In this document: in pieces, positions 44,339-54,700 of the stretch
How positions within the stretch are numbered: the stretch's first letter is position 1
How the letters are laid out: each line of letters opens with the position of its first letter
From: an uncultured Verrucomicrobiae bacterium
GTDB taxonomy: Bacteria; Verrucomicrobiota; Verrucomicrobiia; Chthoniobacterales; UBA10450
Direction of reading: 5' to 3'
Assembly: GCA_963728975.1 (NCBI GenBank)
Contig: CAVSMF010000005.1
Coordinates: 1 to 64,000, forward strand
DNA: 64,000 bases
Position numbers and translations under genes: made by a program
The notes under the pieces: model-generated
Seen by the model: only the letters and a program-made list of their open reading frames with translations
Told to the model about the DNA's origin: nothing
The model's database searches: none

Positions 44339-47135
44339 ACCCTACTGCCGCCGCCCCCCAAAATGGCAAATCAGACGGTGAAGGCTTCGACCAACGCGCT
44401 TGCTCGCGCTTATGGATGGCCAGGGCCCCTACCGCGGGGCTGGCGCTGGCGTCGCGCCCGGCATAACCGATCTCGCGCTTAAACAGGGCCCGCAAACGCG
44501 GTTCCATGAAACTCCATGCCCCCATGTTTTGCGATTCTTCCTGGCACCAAACCAGCCGGGCCGTTTTCGAAAACGGCTTCATCAGCGCCCGCAGCTTTTT
44601 TTCCGCCAGAGGATAAAGTTGCTCGATCCGAATGATGGCTGCGTTCGTGATCTTATGCGACTGACGATAGTTCAGCAGATCGTAATAGACCTTGCCCGAG
44701 CAAAAAATAACGCGCTTGATTTTTTCGGACGGGCCGACCTTGGGCGATCCAAGAATTTCCTCGAATTTTCCTTCGGTAAATTCTTTTGCCGGCGAGGAGG
44801 CGAACTCCGCGCGCAACAAACTTTTCGGTGTCATGATAACGAGTGGTTTCACGAAGTCGCGCTTCATCTGGCGGCGCAAGACGTGGAAGTACTGGGCCGC
44901 GGTGGTAAGATTGCAGACCTGGATGTTGTCCTCGGCGCAAGCCTGGAGGAAGCGCTCGAGCCGGGCGCTGGAATGCTCCGGGCCCTGGCCTTCGTAGCCA
45001 TGAGGCAAGAGCAAGACGATCCCGCTTGGCCGCTGCCACTTCGATTCGGCTGAAACGATAAATTGATCGATGATGGCCTGGGCGCCGTTGGCGAAATCGC
45101 CGAACTGCGCTTCCCACAGGCACAACATCCCGGGATAATTGAGGGAATAGCCGTAGTCGAATCCGAGCACCGCCGCTTCCGAAAGCAGACTATTATAGAT
45201 GCAAATCCGCGCCTGTTTATCGGCCAGATGCATCAACGGCAGATACGGTTTGGCCGTTTTCGCATCATAAAGAACGGAGTGACGGGTGCTGAAAGTTCCG
45301 CGGGAACTGTCCTGACCCGACAACCGGACCGGCACGTCTTCAAGAAGGAGCGATCCAAAGGCGAGCGCCTCGGCGTAATGCCATTCGTAGGGACCGCCCG
45401 CCTCAAAGATTTTGCGGCGATGATCGATAACGATGCGTTTAATTTTGGGCTGGAGATCAAAATCCTCCGGCACCCGGGTCAATCCATCGACAATCGTCCG
45501 GAGCATCTCTTCGCTGATGGCGGTGGGGACGGGTGAACCCTGGTAAGCCGGCTGAAAAACGGCGTTGGACTCGATGAATCTGGCGCGTTGATCCGCTTTT
45601 TGTTTTTCGATGGCTTTAACTTCTTCGAGCGCCATTTCGAGGCGCAGCTCGAACTCGGTCTCGAGCGACGCGGCGTCATCCTCGCTCAGCACTCCCGTTT
45701 CGAGCAGCTCGCTCTTATAGAGCTGGGTCACGGAAGGCCGTTTATCGATGCGGGCGTAAAGTTCCGGCTGGGTAAAAGAAGGCTCGTCTCCTTCGTTATG
45801 CCCGTAGCGCCGGTAGCAATAGAGGTCGATCACCACATCACGGCCGAATTGCTGCCGGAAATCGAGAGCGGTATCGGTTACGAACCAGACCGCCAAGGGA
45901 TCGTCCCCGTTCACGTGGAAGATCGGCGCCTCAATCATCTTGGCGATGTCGGTGGCGTACATGGACGAACGCGCATCTTCCGGCAAGGTGGTGAAACCGA
46001 TCTGGTTATTGACGACGGCGTGAACTGTTCCGCCGGTTCCGTAGCCTCGCAATTGCGACATGTTCAACGTCTCGGCCACGATCCCCTGGCCGGCGAAGGC
46101 GGCGTCGCCGTGCACCAGCAATGGCAACACCTTCCGGCGATGCTCGGTATCGCTTCGAATTCGCTGACGAGCCCGGGCCGTTCCTTCGACCACCGGATCT
46201 ACCGCTTCGAGGTGGCTCGGATTGGCCGCCAACCGTATCTCCACCTCCGCCCCGGAAGCAAGTTTTCGCACCGTCCGGTAACCGAGATGATATTTGACGT
46301 CGCCGTCGCCGGCCACCAAATCGGGCAGGTAGTTCTCGCTGAACTCCGTGAAAATTACCTTGAGCGATTTGCGCAAAAAATTCGCCAGCACGTTCAGCCG
46401 ACCCCGGTGGGCCATTCCCATGCAGATCTCCTGAATGCCGGCCGGAACGCATTTGTGCAGAATGGTGTCCAGAATCACCATCAGCGATTCCGCGCCCTGC
46501 AAAGAAAAGCGCTTTTGGCCGATGTAGCGAGTGTGCAGAAAAATTTCGAACGATTCCGCTTCGAGCAATGCCCGGAGCAAGGCAATCTGGACGTTAGGCG
46601 GCGTTTCCCGTTTGTTCGGGCGCGCTTCCAACCGGTGCAGAACCCAGTTACGGATTCGCGGATTCTGGATGTGCACGAACTCGGCCCCGATGCTGCCGGC
46701 ATAAATTCGTTCCAGCGACGCGATCATTTCGCGCAGGGTCATTGGGCGATTGTTCTGAAAGAATTTTGAAGCGACCGGCAAATCGAGGTCTTTATCGCTG
46801 AACCCGAGCTCCCGCAGGCTCAGCATCGGGTTCTCCGGGCGCTTGGCGGCCAATGGATTTACCCGGGCAATGGTGTGGCCCAGAGTCCGGTAGGCATAGA
46901 CCAGACCGTCGATCCGGGTTTGAAGCGGGTTTTCCCGGATCTCGCCCGCCGGCTTGGCAGCGGCGGCGGCTCCGTTGCGTTGCGGCAAATTCCCGAGCTC
47001 AAAGCCCTCGAAAAATGCAGACCAACCCGAATCGACCGACCCAGGGTTTTCCCGCCAGCGCCGGTAATTCTCTTCCAGCAGCTCGAGATTTTCCCGAGCA
47101 GCGATTGAAGTACGCATTACAGAATTAATCTGCAA
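44286..47135 (-). CDS. sucA: 2-oxoglutarate dehydrogenase E1 component
   Basis: 949 aa. Central thiamine-diphosphate (ThDP)-binding region and the C-terminal E1o domain. TTG at 47135; in-frame ATG at 47117. Confidence 0.85.
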   Translation of the reverse strand: MQINSVMRTSIAARENLELLEENYRRWRENPGSVDSGWSAFFEGFELGNLPQRNGAAAAAKPAGEIRENPLQTRIDGLVYAYRTLGHTIARVNPLAAKRPENPMLSLRELGFSDKDLDLPVASKFFQNNRPMTLREMIASLERIYAGSIGAEFVHIQNPRIRNWVLHRLEARPNKRETPPNVQIALLRALLEAESFEIFLHTRYIGQKRFSLQGAESLMVILDTILHKCVPAGIQEICMGMAHRGRLNVLANFLRKSLKVIFTEFSENYLPDLVAGDGDVKYHLGYRTVRKLASGAEVEIRLAANPSHLEAVDPVVEGTARARQRIRSDTEHRRKVLPLLVHGDAAFAGQGIVAETLNMSQLRGYGTGGTVHAVVNNQIGFTTLPEDARSSMYATDIAKMIEAPIFHVNGDDPLAVWFVTDTALDFRQQFGRDVVIDLYCYRRYGHNEGDEPSFTQPELYARIDKRPSVTQLYKSELLETGVLSEDDAASLETEFELRLEMALEEVKAIEKQKADQRARFIESNAVFQPAYQGSPVPTAISEEMLRTIVDGLTRVPEDFDLQPKIKRIVIDHRRKIFEAGGPYEWHYAEALAFGSLLLEDVPVRLSGQDSSRGTFSTRHSVLYDAKTAKPYLPLMHLADKQARICIYNSLLSEAAVLGFDYGYSLNYPGMLCLWEAQFGDFANGAQAIIDQFIVSAESKWQRPSGIVLLLPHGYEGQGPEHSSARLERFLQACAEDNIQVCNLTTAAQYFHVLRRQMKRDFVKPLVIMTPKSLLRAEFASSPAKEFTEGKFEEILGSPKVGPSEKIKRVIFCSGKVYYDLLNYRQSHKITNAAIIRIEQLYPLAEKKLRALMKPFSKTARLVWCQEESQNMGAWSFMEPRLRALFKREIGYAGRDASASPAVGALAIHKREQARWSKPSPSDLPFWGAAAVGFTQRSRRVRSSAAAQSY

Positions 47136-47282
47136 CCATTACCGGTCACGGCAAGTTGACAGTAGGGAGTCAACCTCGTTACTTGCACGCAGATGACCGC
47201 AGCGGAATTCGTCATTTCGGGGAGCGCACGCGCCCCCGCGTGCAGCGCTTGGCGCCCTCGCCAAGCGCTAATCGGACGCCGG

Positions 47283-48479
47283 ATGACGCGAATTTCGGCG
47301 AGGGCGCCGAAAACAGCACGCGAGGCGCGTGCGCTCCCCAGGCGACGCAGCCATGTCGTCATTTTTATTGCCGGGGTTCTCCTGACCACAGCAGCCGCTT
47401 GCCTGGCCCAGGCCGATCCGGCCGCGGAACCGGCGGTGCTGGCAGTGGCGAAAGTCCTGCCCGCGGTGGTCAATATCGACACCGAGCGCGTTGTACGCCG
47501 GACTGTGCGCGATCCGTTCGACGAACTTTACGCGCAGTTCTTTGGCTACTATAGCCGGCGCCCACGGGAGATCCGTCAAACTCTCCAGAGTCTTGGTTCG
47601 GGTTTCATTGTCGATCCCGCCGGATATATCGTGACTAACCAGCATGTGGTGGAACGCGCGGCTGATTTGAAAATTCAGGTGACGACGAATGACGGCAAGA
47701 CCTACAAAGCCCATTACATTACCGGCGACGACAAGAAGGACCTTGCCTTCATAAAAATCGACGCCAAAGCGGCCTTTCCATTTATCAACCTCGATAATAT
47801 TTCGCCGAACCTGCTGGGCGAAACCGTCATTGTAGTGGGCAACGCGGTCGGTTACGGGAGTTCGATCAGCCGCGGTGTCCTGAGCGCGGTCAACCGCGAC
47901 ATCACAATCGACAACCTGGAATACAAAAACCTGATCCAGACCGATGCCGCCATCAATCCCGGGAACAGCGGCGGCCCGGTGATCGATCTTTCCGCGCGGT
48001 TGGTGGGAATCAGTTCCGCGAAAATGGCCTTTACCCCTCAGGGGGTGCCGACGCAGGGCCTCGGTTTCGCCATTCCCGCGGCCGTGGTGCGCGAAAGCGT
48101 CAACGAATTCAAAAAGGTCGCCCTGGAAAGCCCGCCCTCAAAAGGGCAATCGGAGGAAATCGGGAGCAAAAAAGCCGAAGGTTTGTTCGGAATGCAGCTC
48201 CAGGATCTCACACCCGATCTGACCGATGCCCTGGGCTACGAGCCGGGCCATGGCGTCCTGATCAGCGCGGTGGAACCCGGCAGCCCGGCGGACAAAGCCG
48301 GAATCGAACGCGGCCTGGTCATCTATCGCATCGGCAGACGCAATGTGAACTCGGTCAAAGAGATTGAAAATTTGCTTGGCCATGCCGGATCAGGGACGAC
48401 AGTTGATTTCGCCATCGGCGTCGTCCGCGCCAATGGAGCCGGTCAAAGAATCGAAATTGTTACCCTGGAGGCCCGGTAA
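47283..48479 (+). CDS. HtrA/DegP-like trypsin-fold serine protease with C-terminal PDZ
   Basis: TNQHVV ... DLAFIKID ... GNSGGPV catalytic triad context. PDZ (GVLISAVEPGSPADKAGIERGLVI). The ORF also opens upstream at 47193. Confidence 0.7.
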   Translation: MTRISARAPKTAREARALPRRRSHVVIFIAGVLLTTAAACLAQADPAAEPAVLAVAKVLPAVVNIDTERVVRRTVRDPFDELYAQFFGYYSRRPREIRQTLQSLGSGFIVDPAGYIVTNQHVVERAADLKIQVTTNDGKTYKAHYITGDDKKDLAFIKIDAKAAFPFINLDNISPNLLGETVIVVGNAVGYGSSISRGVLSAVNRDITIDNLEYKNLIQTDAAINPGNSGGPVIDLSARLVGISSAKMAFTPQGVPTQGLGFAIPAAVVRESVNEFKKVALESPPSKGQSEEIGSKKAEGLFGMQLQDLTPDLTDALGYEPGHGVLISAVEPGSPADKAGIERGLVIYRIGRRNVNSVKEIENLLGHAGSGTTVDFAIGVVRANGAGQRIEIVTLEAR

Positions 48480-48539
48480 CAATTTTCAAAAAATCGGCAA
48501 CGGATCGCGCGTTCGGTTGTCTCAAGAAATAATTTCCCA

Positions 48540-49472
48540 ATGATCAAAGTCGAACATTTGACCAAACGCTATGCCGGACACACCGCGATCAAGGATTTGA
48601 GTTTCGAGGTTGGAAAAGGCGAGATCATGGGATTTCTCGGCCCGAACGGCGCGGGGAAAACAACCACCATGCGGATTCTGGCCAGTTTCATGCCCCCCAC
48701 CTCGGGCCGGGCGAGCATAGCCGGGTTCGACGTTTTTCGTCAGTCGCTCCAGGCCCGGGCCCACCTCGGCTACATGCCGGAAAACGTTCCTCTTTATAAT
48801 GACATGCGGGTGACCGAGTACCTCGATTACCGGGCCGCTCTGAAAGGGGTGCCCCATCGCCGGATCTCCGAGCGGGTCGGCGACGTCAAGGAACTGTGTG
48901 GAGTCAAAGACGTCGAAAAAAAGCTGATTAGCACGCTCTCGAAAGGTTACCGGCAGCGGGTGGGCCTGGCCGATGCGCTCCTTCACGAACCGGATCTCCT
49001 GGTTCTGGATGAACCCACCATCGGTCTGGATCCAAATCAGATCCGGCAGGTGCGCGAGTTGATCAAGAATCTCGGAAAACAGCACACCATCCTGCTTTCC
49101 ACTCATATCCTGCCCGAAGTCGAGATGACCTGCACCCGGGTCATCATCATTCATAAGGGGCGCATTGAAGCCTGCGACACACCGGAAAACCTGCTGGGTA
49201 AAATCCGACAGGCCGGCGGGGTTCTGGTGGAAGCGAAGGTTGGCAGTGACAATGGGGCCGAAGAACTGAAGAAAATTTCCGGGGTCCGGGATGTGACCAT
49301 TGGCGGAGACGGCGATTGGAAGACGTTTTCGTTACGGGTGGAATCGGGGGTGGACGTGCGGGAAGAAATTTTTCGGATGGCGGCGGCCCGGCGGTGGAGT
49401 TTGCGGGAGCTGACTCAGCGGCGGGCGACGTTGGAGGACGTGTTTGTGGAGATTACGCACCCGGAAGTTTAG
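48540..49472 (+). CDS. ABC transporter ATP-binding protein (ABC-2 / GldA-like)
   Basis: Walker A GPNGAGKTT, signature LSKGYRQRV, Walker B LLVLDEPT. Confidence 0.8.
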   Translation: MIKVEHLTKRYAGHTAIKDLSFEVGKGEIMGFLGPNGAGKTTTMRILASFMPPTSGRASIAGFDVFRQSLQARAHLGYMPENVPLYNDMRVTEYLDYRAALKGVPHRRISERVGDVKELCGVKDVEKKLISTLSKGYRQRVGLADALLHEPDLLVLDEPTIGLDPNQIRQVRELIKNLGKQHTILLSTHILPEVEMTCTRVIIIHKGRIEACDTPENLLGKIRQAGGVLVEAKVGSDNGAEELKKISGVRDVTIGGDGDWKTFSLRVESGVDVREEIFRMAAARRWSLRELTQRRATLEDVFVEITHPEV

Positions 49473-49532
49473 GCACTGATGGGAAAAATAGGTCCTATGG
49501 GACATATGCGTCCTATGTTGAATCGCTGAAGT

Positions 49533-50288
49533 ATGAGGAAGTTACTTGTTCTGCTGGGGCGGGAAGTCCGCAGCTACTTCTATTCACCCATCGCTTACAT
49601 TGTGATGGTTTTTTTCCTGCTCGTTACCGGAGTCGATTTCTATTTTCAGATCTCGTTCATGAACCAGCGGCCGATGCAGTACTCGGTCCAGGAAGCATTT
49701 TTTAATTCCGTTTTTTTCTGGTTCGCGTTTGTCCTGATCTTTCCCCTGATCACGATGCGACTTTTTGCCGAGGAATTTAAGCTCGGCACGATTGAACCGC
49801 TCATGACCGCTCCGGTCCGCGACTGGCAGGTGGTGCTGGCCAAATTTTTTGGGGCTCTCGTTTTTTACTTCGTTCTGTGGGTGCCCACCCTTCTTTATTT
49901 TGCCATTTTTCAAAAGATCACCAACCAAACCGCGGCCGGGGCCGCCGGGGCCTATTGGGGCTCCTATGCCATGCTCCTGCTCCTGGGGATGTTTTACATT
50001 TCGGTCGGATGTCTGGCATCGGTAGTGACGAAAAACCAGATCGTGGCCGCGATCATTTCCTTTTGCGCCATTACCCTGTTGTTCTTTCTCGGATTGGTGC
50101 AGTTCATCTTGCTCGATGTCTCATCCACCACCCGGTCGCTTCTGGGTTATTTCTCAGCCATCGAGCACATGGGCACGTTTTCCCGCGGGGTGATCGATAC
50201 CCGGCCGATCGTTCTCTATCTCAGCATGACAATCGTGATGCTGACTGTGACTTATCAGGTGTTTCAATCACGCAAATGGAGACTGTAA
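49533..50288 (+). CDS. ABC-2 family permease (GldF-like)
   Basis: 6-TM hydrophobic profile. Directly follows the ATPase. Confidence 0.65.
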   Translation: MRKLLVLLGREVRSYFYSPIAYIVMVFFLLVTGVDFYFQISFMNQRPMQYSVQEAFFNSVFFWFAFVLIFPLITMRLFAEEFKLGTIEPLMTAPVRDWQVVLAKFFGALVFYFVLWVPTLLYFAIFQKITNQTAAGAAGAYWGSYAMLLLLGMFYISVGCLASVVTKNQIVAAIISFCAITLLFFLGLVQFILLDVSSTTRSLLGYFSAIEHMGTFSRGVIDTRPIVLYLSMTIVMLTVTYQVFQSRKWRL

Positions 50289-51784
50289 CCCCCCCCGAGA
50301 CCAAAGCTGCTTCATCCGCGCCGCGCAAAATCGGGCGGCTCAGGATTGGCGTTAACGTTTTGATCCAGATTGTTCTGGTGGTGCTGCTCGCCGCCATGAT
50401 CAACGGTCTCGCCTTCCGCCACTACAAACGCTGGGATTTTTCGCGCGACCAAAAATATGCGCTCTCCGATAAGACGAAGCGTTTCCTGGATTCCATCAAA
50501 GGCAAGGTCCGCATCACCATGTTTTTTGGGCCTAACACTCCGATCACGGCCGACGTCCAGAACCTTCTGACCGAATATCAATACGCATCGAAGGGAAAAA
50601 TCGACGTCGAAAATGTCGATCCGGAGCGAAACCTTTCCCGGGCCAAGGAGCTTTTCGAAAAATACAAGGTGGTGAGCGACCAGAGCCTGGTCGTCCTCGA
50701 GTACGAGGGGCGCAGCAAAACAGTCAAAGCATCCGAAATGGCGGACATCGATCAAAGCGGCATGGCTTTTGGCGAAGGTCCGCGGGTTGCCGCTTTCAAA
50801 GGCGAACAGGCGATCACCAGCGCGATGATGGACTTGGTGGAGGGAAAGAAAAACATCCTGGGATACGTGACCGGGCATAAGGAAGCGCCGTTGAACGGCC
50901 AGAGTCCGATTTCAATTCTCAAGACATTTATTGAAAACGAAAACGTCGATTTTCAGGAGCTGAACCTGTTTAACGTGGGCGAGATTCCCGCCAAAATGAA
51001 GGCGATCCTGATCGCGGGCCCGCAGTATGATTTTTCGGACCGTGAAATGAAGATGGTGCGGGATTTCTGGAACAAACAGGGCCGCATTTTGTTGCTGGTC
51101 GATCCGTCTGCCAAAACCCCCAGGTTGGATGCGTTTCTGAACACCGTGGGTGTGAAAGTAAATGACGATCGCCTGATGGCGTTCCTGCGAACCGGCATCC
51201 AGGAGCTTGCCCTGACCCGGGATGTGCAGGCCCATTTTCTCGATACCCCGATCACGCACCGGTTAGCCGGAGCCAGAATGCTGTTGTTCGGCGGCACCTC
51301 CACTCTCACCCTGGAATCGAATCGGGTCCGGCCGGCGAACATTCGCATCGAGCCGTTGCTCCAGGCGGAAAAGGGCTACTTCGCCGAGACCGATTACAAC
51401 AGTCAGGACCAGGCCAAACTTCAGGCTGACGCAACAAAGGCCGGCAACGCGCCTTTGACCATTGCCGCTTCGATTGAGAAGGGCGGCAGCGCCGATCAAA
51501 GAGTAAACGTCAATTCGTCCCGCCTGGTGGTGGTGGACAACGCCACCTTTATCCAGGACAACGCGATCACTCAGGACCAGCAAGCGCTCGATTTTGTGTC
51601 GGCCTCGATCGACTGGCTGCTCAGCCGGGAGCAACTGATCGGGATCGCCCCCAAGGTGCCGAAGCCGCTTACTTTCAGCCTGACTGAGGATGCGTTGAGC
51701 AATATCCGATTGATTATTCTTGTTTTGATACCTCTGATTCCGGCTTTGATCGGCACCGTTGTCTGGTGGCAACGCCGAGCCTGA
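50276..51784 (+). CDS. GldG-like ABC-2 auxiliary protein (N- and C-terminal TM anchors)
   Basis: Gene order ATPase-permease-GldG-like. Start METVTPP overlaps the permease gene end. The tabulated ORF begins upstream at 49877, inside the permease gene. Confidence 0.6.
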   Translation: METVTPPETKAASSAPRKIGRLRIGVNVLIQIVLVVLLAAMINGLAFRHYKRWDFSRDQKYALSDKTKRFLDSIKGKVRITMFFGPNTPITADVQNLLTEYQYASKGKIDVENVDPERNLSRAKELFEKYKVVSDQSLVVLEYEGRSKTVKASEMADIDQSGMAFGEGPRVAAFKGEQAITSAMMDLVEGKKNILGYVTGHKEAPLNGQSPISILKTFIENENVDFQELNLFNVGEIPAKMKAILIAGPQYDFSDREMKMVRDFWNKQGRILLLVDPSAKTPRLDAFLNTVGVKVNDDRLMAFLRTGIQELALTRDVQAHFLDTPITHRLAGARMLLFGGTSTLTLESNRVRPANIRIEPLLQAEKGYFAETDYNSQDQAKLQADATKAGNAPLTIAASIEKGGSADQRVNVNSSRLVVVDNATFIQDNAITQDQQALDFVSASIDWLLSREQLIGIAPKVPKPLTFSLTEDALSNIRLIILVLIPLIPALIGTVVWWQRRA

Positions 51785-51796
51785 GCGTTTTGTTTG

Positions 51797-53683
51797 ATGA
51801 ATTGGAAAACGACAACCATTCTGCTTGTTATCGTAGTCGCCCTCGGCCTCTACATTAAATTTTACGAAAGCAAACAGCCGGGCACGGAAGAGGCCCAGCG
51901 CCAGGCCAAGAACGTAGTTAATTTTACTCCGGACGACATTAACGGAATCGTGATTCAAAATGGCGACGAAAAAATCGATCTCAGGCGCCACGATAAAAAA
52001 TGGCGGCTGGAAGCGCCGGTAAAAGACCAGGCCGATGGTTCGCAGATCGACAGTTTGCTTTCGGACCTGGAGAACTGGCCAAAGGACGCCACCATCACGG
52101 CAAAAGAGATCGATAACGACAAAGCGCAGCTGGCCGAGTACGGGCTGAACAAACCAAAGCTGCGCCTCAAGCTAACCGGCAAGGCCGCTCCCCCCGAAAT
52201 CTGGTTTGGCAAAGATGCCGCTCTCGAGGGCAAAATCTATGTCCGGCTGGAAAACTCCAAATCGGTCTTTCTTGCCGGACAATCAATGAAGAAAGAGATC
52301 GAGAAGAAGCCGGACGACTTTCGCGATCGCCAGCTGACCGATTTGAGTGCGACCGAGGTCTCAAAAGTGGTGATAAAAACAGGAGCCGGCGAAATGGAGC
52401 TTCAGAAACAAGGCGAGCACTGGGAGATCGTAAAACCGTTGCGGGCCCGGGGCGACGATCAAAAGATTGGCGATTTAATCGCCCAAATCACCACTGCCAG
52501 GATTCAACAATTCGTGGCCGACGACCATGGCGATTTGCGTCCCTATGGGTTGGCCGAGCCGCGCGGGTCGATTACCATCTTCGAACCGGAGAGCGAACCC
52601 GCCGCTCAGGCGAAACCGTCCCACGGCGAGCCGGGCCTAATGCTGCAGATTGGAGCTGTGCCGGAAAAAGAAAAGGACCAGGTTTACGTTCGATTTTCGC
52701 CGCGCAGCTTCGTTTATACTTTGCCCAGGAAAATCGAATCGATTCTCGATACCAAGCCAAACGATTTGCGGGACCGCCACTTTGTTCGGATCGATCAAAA
52801 TATTCTCGACCGCATCACGATTGAGGAGGCGGGCAGGAACAAGACGGTCCTGGCCCGCAAAGACGATCATTGGACGATTGCAAACCACAAGAACGCGCAG
52901 GCCAATTCCGCCGAGGTGCATCGGTTAATCGACACTCTTAGCAACGCGCTGGTGACAAAGTTCGTCGATAACGTGGCGTCGGACCTTCCGAAATACGGTC
53001 TGGATAAACCGCAGCTTCAGGTGGTTCTCAGTTCGTTCGCCTCGGAAAACACGGCCGAGACCAAGGCTGGAGAACGACCCTTTGCCACCGTTTCCTTCGG
53101 GAAGACGGAGGGCGACGAGGTTTATGCGCGGGTGAGTGAAGAGCCGTTTGTGGTGGCGGTAAAACATTCTTTGGTGGAAAACATCTTCTCCGACCCGTTG
53201 CAATGGCAGGAGCTGGCGATTTTCAAATATAAACCCGAACAGATCCACCGGCTGAGTGTCGTCACCGACACGGAGTTATCGCTTGTCCGGGGCCCGAACA
53301 AGCAATGGACCTGGGCCAAGGGAACCGGCCCGATCGATCAAACCAACCTGCAATCGCTCTTGAATACGCTGTCGAGTTTGCACGCGGTGCGCTGGATCGG
53401 GTCGAACCCGCCGCCGCATGCATTTGAAAAACCTCAGGTTGTCATCACCTTCACCACTTCGCCGGACGACAAAGCGATGCACAAATTGACGGTGGGCGGC
53501 CCTGCCGGCAACGGAATGTGGGTGGCGCGCACGGACGAGCGGGAAGGCGTTTTTGTCATCAGCAATCCGGATTTCAACGCGCTCAGGCTATCGTTAGTCC
53601 AACCGGTTGCGGCAACGCCAACGCCGACGCCTTCCTCGGCAATAAATCCGACGGCTTCGCCGATGGCCAGCGCCACCCCCTGA
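51797..53683 (+). CDS. DUF4340 domain protein (typically found downstream of GldG-like genes)
   Basis: N-terminal TM. Size and genomic context typical. Confidence 0.5.
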   Translation: MNWKTTTILLVIVVALGLYIKFYESKQPGTEEAQRQAKNVVNFTPDDINGIVIQNGDEKIDLRRHDKKWRLEAPVKDQADGSQIDSLLSDLENWPKDATITAKEIDNDKAQLAEYGLNKPKLRLKLTGKAAPPEIWFGKDAALEGKIYVRLENSKSVFLAGQSMKKEIEKKPDDFRDRQLTDLSATEVSKVVIKTGAGEMELQKQGEHWEIVKPLRARGDDQKIGDLIAQITTARIQQFVADDHGDLRPYGLAEPRGSITIFEPESEPAAQAKPSHGEPGLMLQIGAVPEKEKDQVYVRFSPRSFVYTLPRKIESILDTKPNDLRDRHFVRIDQNILDRITIEEAGRNKTVLARKDDHWTIANHKNAQANSAEVHRLIDTLSNALVTKFVDNVASDLPKYGLDKPQLQVVLSSFASENTAETKAGERPFATVSFGKTEGDEVYARVSEEPFVVAVKHSLVENIFSDPLQWQELAIFKYKPEQIHRLSVVTDTELSLVRGPNKQWTWAKGTGPIDQTNLQSLLNTLSSLHAVRWIGSNPPPHAFEKPQVVITFTTSPDDKAMHKLTVGGPAGNGMWVARTDEREGVFVISNPDFNALRLSLVQPVAATPTPTPSSAINPTASPMASATP

Positions 53684-53706
53684 CAAACGCACGAGCGCAG
53701 CCGAAT

Positions 53707-54168
53707 GTAGCCACCGCCCTGTGGGCGGTGCCGAGTGCCGAACAGGAACCGGCCACAGGCCGGTTGCTACATATGGCGGTGTCGGGGGCTGAACAGGAAC
53801 CGGCCACAGCCCGGTTGCTACATGGCGGTGCCGGGGGCTGAACAGAAACCGGCCACAGGCCGGTTGCTACATGGCGGTGCCGGGGGCTGAACAGGAACCG
53901 GCCACAGGCCGGTTGCTACATGGCGGTGTCGGGTGCCGAACAGGAACCGGCCACAGGCCGATTGCTACATGGCGGTGTCGGGTGCCGAACAGGAACCGGC
54001 CACAGGCCGATTGCTACATGGCAGTGTCGGGGGCTGAACAGGAACCGGCCACAGGCCGATTGCTACATGGCGGTGTCGGGGGCTGAACAGGAACCGGCCA
54101 CAGGCCGGTTGCTACATGGCGGTCCGAGTGCCGAACAGGAACCGGCCACAGGCCGGTTGCTACATATG
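53707..54168. repeat. tandem REP array, ~9 copies of a 49-bp unit (ggcggtgtcgggggctgaacaggaaccggccacaggccggttgctacat)
   Basis: Each unit carries the hairpin aaccggcc-aca-ggccggtt. The array begins with the palindrome ccaccgccctgtgggcggtg. Confidence 0.85.
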
Positions 54169-54205
54169 GCTTGTCTGTTGGGCGCCCATCTTTTCGAATA
54201 GCTGC

Positions 54206-54679
54206 ATGTCCCCCGAGAAAATTTATCCCAGGCGCCCGCCTCGTTTGATTCTCTCTACTAACGAACCGCTTTATTTCGTCACTTTTTGCACTCATGGCCG
54301 GCACCGGTTTCTGGCAAACTCGGACGTTCACTCCGCATTTGTTCTCTTTTCCCAGCGCGCATATTTCGAACACCAGATCTCGGTGGGGCGCTACGTGATC
54401 ATGCCCGATCACGTTCATTTGTTTGTCCGGGGCGCCGACGATTTTGATTTAGGGCGATGGATCGGCGCGTTGAAACAATGCCTGGCAAAAACGGCCGCTC
54501 GGACAAAGTCAAACAATCGAGTGTGGCAGGAGGGATGTTTCGACCATGTTCTTCGCAGCGACGAGAGTTACGGCCAAAAGTGGGAATATGTGCGCCAAAA
54601 TCCGGTTCGAGAGGAACTGGTCGCGTCACTTAAAGATTGGCCGTTTCAGGGAGAAATCGTCGCAATCGATCGGGCGTAA
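54206..54679 (+). CDS. REP-associated tyrosine transposase (RAYT, HUH Y1 family)
   Basis: HUH motif IMPDHVHLFV; C-terminal CFDHVLRSDESYGQKWEYVRQNPVREELV...DWPF; flanked on both sides by REP arrays. Confidence 0.65.
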   Translation: MSPEKIYPRRPPRLILSTNEPLYFVTFCTHGRHRFLANSDVHSAFVLFSQRAYFEHQISVGRYVIMPDHVHLFVRGADDFDLGRWIGALKQCLAKTAARTKSNNRVWQEGCFDHVLRSDESYGQKWEYVRQNPVREELVASLKDWPFQGEIVAIDRA

Positions 54680-54700
54680 TATCAGCTCACACGGATGTAA

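Noticed and set aside
49877-51784. 635-aa ORF as tabulated
   Set aside because: The first 133 codons overlap the ABC-2 permease gene in another frame. A consistent start (METVTPP…) lies at 50276, directly after the permease gene.
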